DNA of 32,000 nt from the NCBI GenBank assembly GCA_047651235.1, contig CP178758.1, positions 2,430,001-2,462,000 on the forward strand. The letters are read 5' to 3'. Below, piece after piece: positions 18,131-26,255 of this stretch. The position numbers and the translations under genes are program-made. Source of the stretch: Candidatus Electrothrix yaqonensis (GTDB lineage Bacteria; Desulfobacterota; Desulfobulbia; Desulfobulbales; Desulfobulbaceae). Numbering within the stretch: position 1 is the first letter of the stretch; each line of letters begins with the position of its first letter. Under the pieces are notes generated by a model that was not told the DNA's origin, made no database searches, and saw nothing but the letters and a program-made list of their open reading frames with translations.

Positions 18131-18374
18131 TGCCAGATAGCCCGAACTGCTGATTTGCGCGGGTCATTCATCGTGGAGGACGTCTGACCTGAAATGCGGG
18201 GGCCGCAGCCGGGGCGACGCCTATTCTGGTGCTCACCGGCTACGGCAGGGGCGATCTGGAATACATCGGCCCGCACCAGGATATTCAGCCCGCTAAGGTT
18301 GCGGAGAATCTGCAGGAGGCGGTGGAGTGGATATTGAGGAAAAGAAGGGGGAATTGCTTAGTGAAGAGCAGGTG
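18131..18374 (+). pseudogene. Remnant of a HAD-family phosphatase, GmhB (heptose 1,7-bisphosphate phosphatase)-like C-terminus
   Basis: Two frames together read ...QIARTADLRGSFIVEDV / LT*NAGAAAGATPILVLTGYGRGDLEYIG...AENLQEAVEWIL. This matches the HAD motif III region (S.mVGD...D...A.AG....LV.TG.G) but carries a frameshift and an in-frame TGA. The N-terminal two-thirds are absent. Confidence 0.45.
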
Positions 18375-18401
18375 AGGCGGTTAATTAAGCGGATTCAGAT
18401 A

Positions 18402-18437
18402 TAAAAAAACCGGGCAATGCGCTAAGCACGCACCCGG
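18402..18437 (-). terminator. Rho-independent terminator of the 18490-19914 gene
   Basis: On the minus strand, accggg(18437-18432)...cccggt(18413-18408) is followed by TTTTTTTA (complement of 18408-18401). It lies ~50 nt downstream of the stop at 18490. Confidence 0.6.
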
Positions 18438-18489
18438 TAACAGCACCAGATATAAATAAAAAGGGGCGCAGGCATGAGCTGGCAGCCTT

Positions 18490-19914
18490 TTAATCTGAAC
18501 TCAGAAGTTGCTTACACAAAAAAGCGTACCATCCAATTCCTTCATATTGCCACAATCCACCTGCAACAAGCTGATCTCTTTCACCCTCCGAAGTTGTATA
18601 AAAATGTCTTTCAAAAGTTTTGCTATATAAGCGATAGATTGGAACAGTACCTGATTCCGGAAATCTGAACGCATGCCATTCAATTCTTTCATAATTCCAG
18701 AATTGATCAGAGTCAGAAATAAGTTTATTTTTTTCTTTCTCTGAGGCTGTATAAAAATGTGCGTTGTTGCGATTGTTCCAAAAGCGATAGACGGGTACTG
18801 TACCATTTTTTTTGGATAAATATGCGCAAAAAGGTATTCCGTCATATTTCCAGATATCATCAGGATATCTATCAAAAACACGATTTTTTTCGTCCTCAGA
18901 AATAGTATAGAATTGCGCACCGGTTGCATGCTTAAATCTATACACAGATCTCAGGGGAGACGATATCCCATCAGAATCATGATGAGCATTTGGGTTTGAA
19001 GCATGTTCTACTATAGCATTTTCAATATCTGCCGATTCCTCCAATTCATCAGCCGATACTCCGCTTAACGTTTCTGCATCCTTAGCCTTGTTAACTGTAA
19101 TGCTGTCAGGTATCTGGTCGTCACTGGCAGTATCTGTCAACTCGGAGAAAGATGTAGTTTTCGTGTGATGACTACTGGGATTTGCAGAATGTAGAGCTAT
19201 ATCAGTATCAATTTCAGCTGACTCATCTAATTCCGTCGCATGGATTCCATCCACTGTGTCGGCATCACTGGCTTTGTTGATCGTAATATTATCAGGCACC
19301 TGACTGTTGTTTGCAACACCGGTCAACTCAGAAAAAGATACGCCATCCTTTACACTTTCTATTACTGTGGGATCAAGCTCGACCGCCTCTGCCATGCTGT
19401 TGGTCATCTTGAATACTTTCATTGCTGTATTGATGGGCAGCTGTACAGCCCCCTGCATCTGCTGGTCAATATTCAGAAAAGACAATCCCATTTCAGGGTT
19501 TATCGGCATTTCGTTCACCTGAAGACATAATACCTCTCCTTCAGTTACCGTGTATGTTCCCTGGGGACGAAAGGTCAGCCGGATCTCCCCCGGAACTGAA
19601 ATCTCATCAACTTCAACAACCCAATTGGGATTGCGGGATTCAGAGCTGATTCCACCTGCAGACAAAAGTGAGCTGGCTCCGGTTCCCACAGGAATGGAAA
19701 TCACCGTATGATCACCAAACATGCCGTCATGAGAAACTTCTCCGCTTCCTCCGTAGTTTACAAGACAGACGGACATGGAAGATTCGTTATCTGTATACAT
19801 AATATCAGGATAGGCCAGATACTCAAACTCCGGTTTGCTGGGAGGAGCAGACAGAGCTGCCGTACTAAAAAAAAACACTGTTAGAAAGCTGCAGAAAATG
19901 CCAGAGACCTTCAT
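18490..19914 (-). CDS. Secreted repeat protein: two ~65-aa His-ended modules plus three C-terminal YRF..HFYT..E repeats (DUF5648-like)
   Basis: ATG 19914 is preceded by aaggag. The signal peptide is MKVSGIFCSFLTVFFFSTAALSA. The C-terminus has three copies of V(Y/I)R(F/L)...(H/Q)FYT.SE.E.......W.Y(E/D)GI..(Y/H)AF. The longer ORF-track start at 19941 is rejected. Confidence 0.8.
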   Translation of the reverse strand: MKVSGIFCSFLTVFFFSTAALSAPPSKPEFEYLAYPDIMYTDNESSMSVCLVNYGGSGEVSHDGMFGDHTVISIPVGTGASSLLSAGGISSESRNPNWVVEVDEISVPGEIRLTFRPQGTYTVTEGEVLCLQVNEMPINPEMGLSFLNIDQQMQGAVQLPINTAMKVFKMTNSMAEAVELDPTVIESVKDGVSFSELTGVANNSQVPDNITINKASDADTVDGIHATELDESAEIDTDIALHSANPSSHHTKTTSFSELTDTASDDQIPDSITVNKAKDAETLSGVSADELEESADIENAIVEHASNPNAHHDSDGISSPLRSVYRFKHATGAQFYTISEDEKNRVFDRYPDDIWKYDGIPFCAYLSKKNGTVPVYRFWNNRNNAHFYTASEKEKNKLISDSDQFWNYERIEWHAFRFPESGTVPIYRLYSKTFERHFYTTSEGERDQLVAGGLWQYEGIGWYAFLCKQLLSSD

Positions 19915-20017
19915 GATGAACTCCTTTTCAAAAGCTAACAAGTCAGACCAAGTTTGTATCTTTCAATATAGTCTATATTTCAACAGAATACAATCTTTTC
20001 AGGCCAGTTGACTCCTT

Positions 20018-20124
20018 CTTGTCACTGATGTTACGCACGCAAATAAAAGATCAGTAAGTTACGAGACACCCAAAACGTGGAATCTGCCAATTTTGCGTTT
20101 CGGCTGCGTAACATCAGCTTGTCA
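20018..20124. mobile_element. MITE-like 93-bp element (20025-20117) with 13-bp perfect terminal inverted repeats, flanked by a 7-bp direct repeat
   Basis: ctgatgttacgca (20025-20037) is the exact reverse complement of tgcgtaacatcag (20105-20117). cttgtca occurs directly outside both ends (20018-20024 and 20118-20124). There is no coding capacity inside. Confidence 0.45.
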
Positions 20125-20216
20125 ATAACAAGCAAGAGAGATCCCTGTCGGTATCACATGGTAAAAAAGGAGGGCGATTGACGGGGCACAGCGAGGCGTG
20201 CTGCAGGTACGATCTT

Positions 20217-20483
20217 TCATTCATAATGAGTCCATAAGCGGACCACCTTGACTGTCTTCTCACTGTCAACAACCTGATAAACTATCCGGTGCTGAATATT
20301 GATCCGCCGGAAATAGGCACCGGATAAATCGCCCACGAGCTTCTCAAACGGAGGCGGTGTCTGATAGGGATTGCCCCGAAGAATTTCCAGCAGCTGTTCA
20401 GCTTTTTTCCGCAGACCGGAAGCTGAAAGTTTTTTCGCATCCTTCAGGGCCTGTTTCGTATAGACAATCTTCCACCTCACCAT
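20217..20483 (-). CDS. yoeB: YoeB/Txe-family type II toxin (ribosome-dependent mRNA interferase)
   Basis: 88 aa reading W.IVYTKQALKDAKKL...L.....NPYQ.PPPFEKL.GDLSGAY.RRINIQHRIVYQV......V.V.R.WTHYE, the characteristic YoeB pattern. It overlaps the upstream antitoxin gene by 7 nt. Confidence 0.93.
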   Translation of the reverse strand: MVRWKIVYTKQALKDAKKLSASGLRKKAEQLLEILRGNPYQTPPPFEKLVGDLSGAYFRRINIQHRIVYQVVDSEKTVKVVRLWTHYE

Positions 20484-20719
20484 TCAATATCCTTTTCACA
20501 CTCGCTGACAGGAACGGCCAGCCCTTCCCGGATTGATTTCCTCATACCCGGAACAGAGAGGAGATACAGGGTTTCCTGCACAGCATTCCAGTCTTCTTCT
20601 GAAATCAGGACAGCATTTCCTCTCTTTCCTGTAATTGTCACAGGCTGATGTGATGAGGCGGTGTCATCTATCAATCGGTAAAGCCTTGAACGTGCTTGGG
20701 TAACGGTTAAAGTCGGCAT
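20477..20719 (-). CDS. yefM: YefM/Phd-family type II antitoxin
   Basis: 80 aa reading ...TVTQARSRLYRLIDDTASSHQPVTITGKRGNAVLISEEDWNAVQETLYLLSVPGMRKSIREG, the classic YefM/Phd N-terminal fold sequence. It is translationally coupled to yoeB. Confidence 0.93.
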   Translation of the reverse strand: MPTLTVTQARSRLYRLIDDTASSHQPVTITGKRGNAVLISEEDWNAVQETLYLLSVPGMRKSIREGLAVPVSECEKDIEW

Positions 20720-20754
20720 AATTTCACCCTTGAAAAGTATTCATATAATATTAG

Positions 20755-20772
20755 TGTACGCTATTGCGTACA
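20755..20772 (-). promoter_or_regulatory. Candidate YefM-YoeB operator palindrome within the promoter region
   Basis: TGTACGC-tatt-GCGTACA is a perfect 7-bp inverted repeat 36-53 nt upstream of the yefM ATG. A TATTAT/TATATG -10-like box lies between it and the gene (complement of 20741-20750). The half-sites resemble the TGTACA core of the E. coli yefM-yoeB operator. Confidence 0.5.
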
Positions 20773-20936
20773 TGCGGTCAAAGGGAAGATAATTCACTCT
20801 CCATTGCACCGGCTATTGAACCCTCACCAGCTCAAGCGACTTTACAGATTCTGCCGAAATATGTTATGCAGTATAATCAGGAACAAAAATTGAAAAATCA
20901 AGATGAAGGATTAATAACGCCTCCGGGAAGACAATT

Positions 20937-22928
20937 ATGACTACTGCTGACCGACCGAACAGCCGCCATGAACAGGCGGAAGCTCTCAGGCTGGAAACGA
21001 TGAAGACCTATCTCATCAGCCTGACGGATGAAGCCAATGCCGCCAAGCTGATGCACTGCAGTCCGGCTGTTATCGAACCGATCTATAACGGTGCTACCAG
21101 GATGAACCCGGCCTCTCTGTTCCTGAATACCGGGTCGGAAGAGGATATGGCGTATATCCGGGAGCAGGCTATCAAAAATAATGAGGAATTTCCTCTGGCA
21201 ACTCCGGGCCACACCTGCCATTTTGATGGACCGGACGACCAGGGGCGCGACACGGCCAATACCAAATATCTCGCGTATCCGGATACGCCCATCAGCTCGC
21301 TTCAGCAGAAACTCGATCATCGGGACGGCCTGCTTGAAGTCCGCACGATCATGAACGATCTCATGGTCGATAGGGAGATGATTGTCTCGTTCATTTCGCG
21401 CGGGCCGGTCGGCAGCAGGGTTGCGGATCCGACCCTGCAGATCACCGATTCATACTATGTGATCCACAGTGAATTCCTGCTCTACCGCATGGTTGATCCG
21501 GAAACTTTTTCCCGGGAGGTTGCGGAAAAAGGGTATCTGTTCGTTAACTGCCACACCGCCGGTGAGCTGACAGCCGATCATGTTTCTGCGAATCTCAAGG
21601 AGCGGCGTATCTACATGGATGTGGAGCGGTTCCGTTCCTACAGCACCAACAACCAGTATGCGGGCAACTCCATTGCGCCGAAAAAAATCAACCACCGTTT
21701 CGCCAATATGAACAACCTGCGCCGTCATTTCGGCAGCCGCCTGGATGAACATATGTTTGTTACCGGTTTTGATGTTGAAGGCGAGACTGTCTATTTTGCC
21801 GGTGCATATCCCAGCGGCTGTGGTAAAACTGGAACCGCAATGACCGGTGACGCGCTGATCGGCGACGACCTGACCAAGATTTTCATCGATAAGGCAAGCG
21901 GTGAGGTGCGGGCGGTGAATCCGGAAAAAGGTATGTTCGGGATTATCGAAGGGGTGAACCGGGCAGATGACCCGGAAACGATGGATGTGCTGGAAGGAGA
22001 AGGCCGGGAGGTCATTTTTTCCAACCTGCTGATCCATGAGCGGAAACCGTATTGGGAGGGCTGCGGTTATGAGCCGCCGGAAACAGGGCGCAATTTTGCA
22101 GGAGAATGGACTAGGGATTCCGGTCGGCCTATGTCGCACAAAAATGCCCGCTTCACTATTTCCCTGGATGCGCTGGCCAATTATGATCCTGCTGTAGAAT
22201 ATCCCGAAGGGGTCAAGCTGAGCGGCCTGCTCTTCGGCGGCCGGGATTACAGCACCATGCCGACCATTGTCATGGCCCATGACTGGATGAACACGGTGGT
22301 GCACGGCGCAATCATCCGCTCCGCCACCACAGCCACAGAGATCGGGGCTGACGGCAGTGAAAAACGTTCCCCCTTTGCCAATGAGGCATTCTTTCCCGGT
22401 CCGCTGGGGCAGTACATTGCCCATTACAAGGCCTTCGGGGAAAATCCCGCTATCAACGAAGACTGCCTGCCCAGCGGTTTTCAGGTCAACTACTGGCTGC
22501 ATAAAAGCGCCCGTTGCCCGCTCGCTCCCGGCGAACCGGACGGACTCCTGGGCGAGAAACAGGACACCAAGGTGTGGATGCGGATCATGGCCCTGATGCA
22601 TCAGGGCAAGGTGGAAACCATCTGGACGCCCATCGGCCGCATTCCCAAGTACCTGGATCTGCAGCAGCTGTTCAGCGACCTGCTTGGCAAGGAATACAGT
22701 CAGGAACTCTATACCCAGCAGTTCTCCCTGTACATGGACAACCTTATCCTCCGGGTGGACATGTCCATAAAAGAATTTGCCAAAGAGCAGGGAATGCCTT
22801 CGGAATTCTTCCATGTCCTTGATACGTGGCGCCGTGACCTGCGCGCTCTGGAAGCTGTTATCAGTCCTGTTGTCCCCCCTGCTCAGATGATGGAATACGT
22901 TGCCGAACATCTGCCTGAAATGTCCTGA
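20937..22928 (+). CDS. pckG: Phosphoenolpyruvate carboxykinase (GTP)-family protein, divergent
   Basis: YPSGCGKTGTAM matches the PEPCK-GTP kinase-1a motif FPSACGKT. KNARFTISL matches NSRFT/C, and GLLFGGRD matches iiFGGRR. The ~660 aa length fits. Divergence is noticeable, so substrate and function are inferred from family only. Confidence 0.7.
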   Translation: MTTADRPNSRHEQAEALRLETMKTYLISLTDEANAAKLMHCSPAVIEPIYNGATRMNPASLFLNTGSEEDMAYIREQAIKNNEEFPLATPGHTCHFDGPDDQGRDTANTKYLAYPDTPISSLQQKLDHRDGLLEVRTIMNDLMVDREMIVSFISRGPVGSRVADPTLQITDSYYVIHSEFLLYRMVDPETFSREVAEKGYLFVNCHTAGELTADHVSANLKERRIYMDVERFRSYSTNNQYAGNSIAPKKINHRFANMNNLRRHFGSRLDEHMFVTGFDVEGETVYFAGAYPSGCGKTGTAMTGDALIGDDLTKIFIDKASGEVRAVNPEKGMFGIIEGVNRADDPETMDVLEGEGREVIFSNLLIHERKPYWEGCGYEPPETGRNFAGEWTRDSGRPMSHKNARFTISLDALANYDPAVEYPEGVKLSGLLFGGRDYSTMPTIVMAHDWMNTVVHGAIIRSATTATEIGADGSEKRSPFANEAFFPGPLGQYIAHYKAFGENPAINEDCLPSGFQVNYWLHKSARCPLAPGEPDGLLGEKQDTKVWMRIMALMHQGKVETIWTPIGRIPKYLDLQQLFSDLLGKEYSQELYTQQFSLYMDNLILRVDMSIKEFAKEQGMPSEFFHVLDTWRRDLRALEAVISPVVPPAQMMEYVAEHLPEMS

Positions 22929-23105
22929 GGACCAGTATAGACGCGGTCGAAAAATTATCTTGCAGGTGCCAATGTTGCCGGGTTGTGTTTGGTTTGTTAA
23001 GGTGGTCAAGCCTGGCTGGATCAGGAACTGATCTTGAAGGGGGAAGAGACGGTGGGCGGCAGAAAGGGCGATGCTGTGGTGAACGGATACGCGCTGAGCA
23101 ATAAG

Positions 23106-23142
23106 AAAAGGGCCGCTGGCAAACAAAGCTGACGGCCTTTTT
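23106..23142. terminator. Possible bidirectional terminator between the convergent pckG-like and FISUMP genes
   Basis: aaaagggccg (23106-23115) ... cggccttttt (23133-23142) has A-run/T-run symmetry, so either strand sees a stem plus U-tract. The 17-nt loop is long, which weakens the call. Confidence 0.4.
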
Positions 23143-23182
23143 TTGGTGCTTTTTCTATGGAGTATTCACAAACAGACGCCCC

Positions 23183-23938
23183 CTAATCTTGTATACAGCG
23201 GACAGCTTGACCGTTTGCACGGAACGCTTTATCTATAAACAAATCTTCCGAGGTACCAGCGTTACCAAGAAGTAAATACCGGGGGTAAACGTTGTTGAAC
23301 GGGGCGGCACTATCTATGGTATGGGAGCTGGACCAATACTGAGCGATAGAGTCTACACCTCGGAATTCGCCGTAATCGCCTCTGCGATAGCCCGTAGCCG
23401 GTAATTTAAGCGGAGAGTTGAAAAGTGCGAGCTGATCTGTGCCGTACTGATCAAGTTCAGCCTGCCACTCAGCTTCGGTGGGCAGCCTGAATCCGGTCGG
23501 GCATGGATTATTGATGCCGTCAACCCCCTGCCATAGATCATCGTTCAGTTCCTCCCGCCAATCCATTGGGTAGGCATCTTCACCAGTAGCGATAAATTCA
23601 TCGTGGCCGGGAGTATCGCCGGAGGAAAGCTCCGTTGTGATTGTACTGTCACGTTTTTCATGCCCGTCCCTGCCTCGGCCCCATTGATATAAATCACCAT
23701 AGGACAGAGGATCATTGAACACTGTGGCAACTTGAGTTGCACCGAGATTGCAGGCCATCCATACACGCCCTGTTTCTGATAAGACCAGGGGAAACTCATC
23801 GCAACGTCTGGGGCACGAACACGAGTCCTTTGATTTCTTTGAACTCCCCAGCGGAATAACAACGACCTTTTCCGCTAAACAGATCTCACTGAAAAAGAAC
23901 ACAGACAGGAAAACGAGACAGCAACTTTTTTTCAACAT
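23183..23938 (-). CDS. Secreted Fibrobacter-succinogenes-major-paralogous (FISUMP, TIGR02145-like) domain protein
   Basis: Signal peptide (MLKKSCCLVFLSVFFFSEICLA). Then WMA.NLG......DP...G.LYQWGR, CPTGFRLPT.AEW..L, YWSSS and a terminal G.AVRCIQD. This is the characteristic order of FISUMP/DUF1566-like lectin-fold domains. Confidence 0.8.
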   Translation of the reverse strand: MLKKSCCLVFLSVFFFSEICLAEKVVVIPLGSSKKSKDSCSCPRRCDEFPLVLSETGRVWMACNLGATQVATVFNDPLSYGDLYQWGRGRDGHEKRDSTITTELSSGDTPGHDEFIATGEDAYPMDWREELNDDLWQGVDGINNPCPTGFRLPTEAEWQAELDQYGTDQLALFNSPLKLPATGYRRGDYGEFRGVDSIAQYWSSSHTIDSAAPFNNVYPRYLLLGNAGTSEDLFIDKAFRANGQAVRCIQD

Positions 23939-24213
23939 AACTCACCTCATCGCATAGATAATTTTACCGGATGGAATTTATGGAAGGCTCCTGAACAAAC
24001 CAGACATAGCATGATAACTGTACAAAGTAAATCCAAATTGTTTATCGAAATACAAAAAAATGTACCCGTCCCGGTATCACGGCCCGTTTTCAGACCGCGC
24101 AGCCATGCTGGCTGCAGGGCGGGGTCGCGGGGTCCGAACCCCCAATCCCATCTTCTTCTGCCCCGCTTTCTATCGGGGACGAGGCGAGGCAAGCAGCCTC
24201 GGTAACTGAGGCT

Positions 24214-25338
24214 CTACACCGCCACCCCGCTCTTATCAAAAAAACAGGCTGCGCCCAGATCGACATGCAGGACAATATCTTCACCAACCGAGCAAGTGAG
24301 CTGCTGAAAAATTCGGGCAGTGAAGGTCTGCTCAGGGATATCCAATTCGGTTACAAACGGACCGGCTGGCTGAAAACGGATCAGGGTTTCATAGCCGAGG
24401 AACTCCGCATCAACCACTTGGCAGGGCAGAGACAGGCTGCTTCCCTGCCCCTCCGCGCTTAGGCTGAACGCCTCCGGTCGGAGACCGAGCCAGATATCCT
24501 CGTCTTGGGGCAGTGCTGCCAGCCGTGACCGCATGGTCTCTGGGCAAGGCCAGCGCACCGGTTCCTTTTCCAGCGGAAGAATCAGCTCATCGCCGGATAT
24601 CCGGCAAGGAATGATGTTCATGCCCGGACTGCCGATGAACTGGGCTATAAAGATATTAGCCGGCTTGGAGTACAGCTCATCCGGCGGGGCAACCTGCTGG
24701 AGGATGCCGTCCTTGAGCACCGCGACCCGCTGGCCCAGGGTCATAGCCTCCACCTGATCATGGGTGACATAGACCGTGGTCACACCGAGCTGCCGCTGAA
24801 TCGTGGCGATCTCTGAGCGGATCTGGACCCGGAGCTTGGCATCCAGGTTGGAGAGCGGCTCATCCATGAGAAAGACCTGCGGCTCCCGCACCAAAGCCCG
24901 GCCCATGGCCACCCGCTGCCGCTGGCCGCCGGAGAGCTGCTTGGGCTTCTTGTCCAGCAGAGGAGTGATGTCCAGCTGTTCGGCCACGGTTTCCACCTGC
25001 CTCGTGATGTCCTGGATAGACATTTTCTGCATCCGCAAAGGGAAGGACATATTGTCGCGCACGCTCATGTGCGGATACAGGGCGTAATTCTGGAAGACCA
25101 TTGCGATATTGCGCTGCTGCGGGGGCAGATTATTTACCCGCCTGCCGTTGATCGATATCTCGCCGTCCGTGATGGACTCCAGCCCGGCAATCATGCGCAG
25201 CAGGGTGGACTTGCCGCAGCCTGACGGGCCGACAAAGACCATCAGCTCGCCGTCTTTGATCTCCAGATTGATATGATCCAGGATGTTCTGCTTTTTATCG
25301 TAGGATTTGATCAGTTCTTTGATTGCAACATCTGCCAT
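24214..25338 (-). CDS. ABC transporter ATP-binding subunit, MalK/UgpC (carbohydrate importer) type with a C-terminal TOBE-like regulatory domain
   Basis: Walker A GPSGCGKST, Q-loop FQNYALYPHM, signature LSGGQRQRVA, Walker B VFLMDEPLSNLD and H-loop VTHD. The ~374 aa length is typical of MalK/UgpC. Confidence 0.93.
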   Translation of the reverse strand: MADVAIKELIKSYDKKQNILDHINLEIKDGELMVFVGPSGCGKSTLLRMIAGLESITDGEISINGRRVNNLPPQQRNIAMVFQNYALYPHMSVRDNMSFPLRMQKMSIQDITRQVETVAEQLDITPLLDKKPKQLSGGQRQRVAMGRALVREPQVFLMDEPLSNLDAKLRVQIRSEIATIQRQLGVTTVYVTHDQVEAMTLGQRVAVLKDGILQQVAPPDELYSKPANIFIAQFIGSPGMNIIPCRISGDELILPLEKEPVRWPCPETMRSRLAALPQDEDIWLGLRPEAFSLSAEGQGSSLSLPCQVVDAEFLGYETLIRFQPAGPFVTELDIPEQTFTARIFQQLTCSVGEDIVLHVDLGAACFFDKSGVAV

Positions 25339-25374
25339 AACGTATCCTGTGGGTTATCAGAGTGTTCAGAAAGT

Positions 25375-26190
25375 TTATCCTTTGGTGCCGGTGGCCGCGA
25401 TGCCTGCGACAAACCAGCGTTGAAAGAGGAGAAAAATGACCATGACCGGTGCCACCATCATCACGCCAAAGGCCATGATATCGCCCCATTGCAGGGGAGG
25501 CAGGGTCTGGAACTGGGCTACTGCCACGGGCAGAGGCCGGACCCGCTCGCCGCTGGTCACCATGAGGGGCCAGAGAAAGGTACCCCACTGCATGAGAAAG
25601 GTGAGGATGGTGACGCTGGCAAAGGCAGGCTTGCTGTTGGGCAGGATCAGGGAGGTAAAAATACGGAAAGTGCCTGCGCCGTCCACCCGGGCCGCCTCTT
25701 CAAACTCCTTGGGCAGGCCGATAAAAAAGGTATAGAAGAGATAGATGGAAAAGGCATTGGCGACAAAGGGCAGAATCTGGACCAGATAGCTGTCCCGCCA
25801 GCCTAAGTAGCTCATCTGATAAAACATGGGCACGGCAATGGCCTCAAAGGGGATGATCATCAGGGCCAGGACCAGGCCGAACAGGGCCTTATGGCCGAAC
25901 CAGTGCAGGCGGGCAAAGGCGTATCCGGCCAGCGAGTTGACGACCAGGCCCAGCAGGACCACGGACAGGGTGATGAACAGGGAGTTAAACAGGTAGCGGC
26001 CAAAGCTGACCCGCGCGAACACGTCCACGTAGTTCTGCCAGCTCAGGTCGGCGGCAAAGAAGCGTCCGCTGGTCAGACCGACCAGCACTTCGTTGTCCGG
26101 CTTAAAGCTGGAAAAGACCATGAACAGGATCGGTGCGGCATAGAGCAGCGCGGCTGCGGCAAGGAAGAGAGTGAGAAGTAGTTTTCGCAT
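25375..26190 (-). CDS. ABC transporter permease, MalG/UgpE-type (BPD_transp_1)
   Basis: Six predicted TM helices. The EAA loop EAARVDGAGTFRIFTSLILPNSKPA is present. It lies 36 nt upstream of the ATPase gene on the same strand. Confidence 0.9.
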   Translation of the reverse strand: MRKLLLTLFLAAAALLYAAPILFMVFSSFKPDNEVLVGLTSGRFFAADLSWQNYVDVFARVSFGRYLFNSLFITLSVVLLGLVVNSLAGYAFARLHWFGHKALFGLVLALMIIPFEAIAVPMFYQMSYLGWRDSYLVQILPFVANAFSIYLFYTFFIGLPKEFEEAARVDGAGTFRIFTSLILPNSKPAFASVTILTFLMQWGTFLWPLMVTSGERVRPLPVAVAQFQTLPPLQWGDIMAFGVMMVAPVMVIFLLFQRWFVAGIAATGTKG

Positions 26191-26255
26191 GGTATTGAGT
26201 TCGGTTGATTGAGTGTTTATGATGAATTTCTTTTTACGGAGCGACTACAGGAGAA

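Noticed and set aside
21450-23126. 558-aa minus-strand ORF antisense to the PEPCK-like gene
   Set aside because: No recognisable motifs and low-complexity composition (R/G/H/F-rich). It lies entirely opposite a well-supported gene, as a typical shadow ORF does.
23183-23400. Diversity-generating retroelement target: the lectin-like C-terminus of the FISUMP protein (YWSS...VRC)
   Set aside because: No reverse transcriptase gene is in the window, and I could not find a second, A-variable copy (template repeat) of the 3' end.
24105-24150. tRNA/tmRNA-like T-arm (minus strand tgggggttcggaccccgcgacccc)
   Set aside because: The loop has G where the conserved A58 is expected, and the 5-bp stem does not close properly. 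No acceptor, D or anticodon arms can be built from the flanks.
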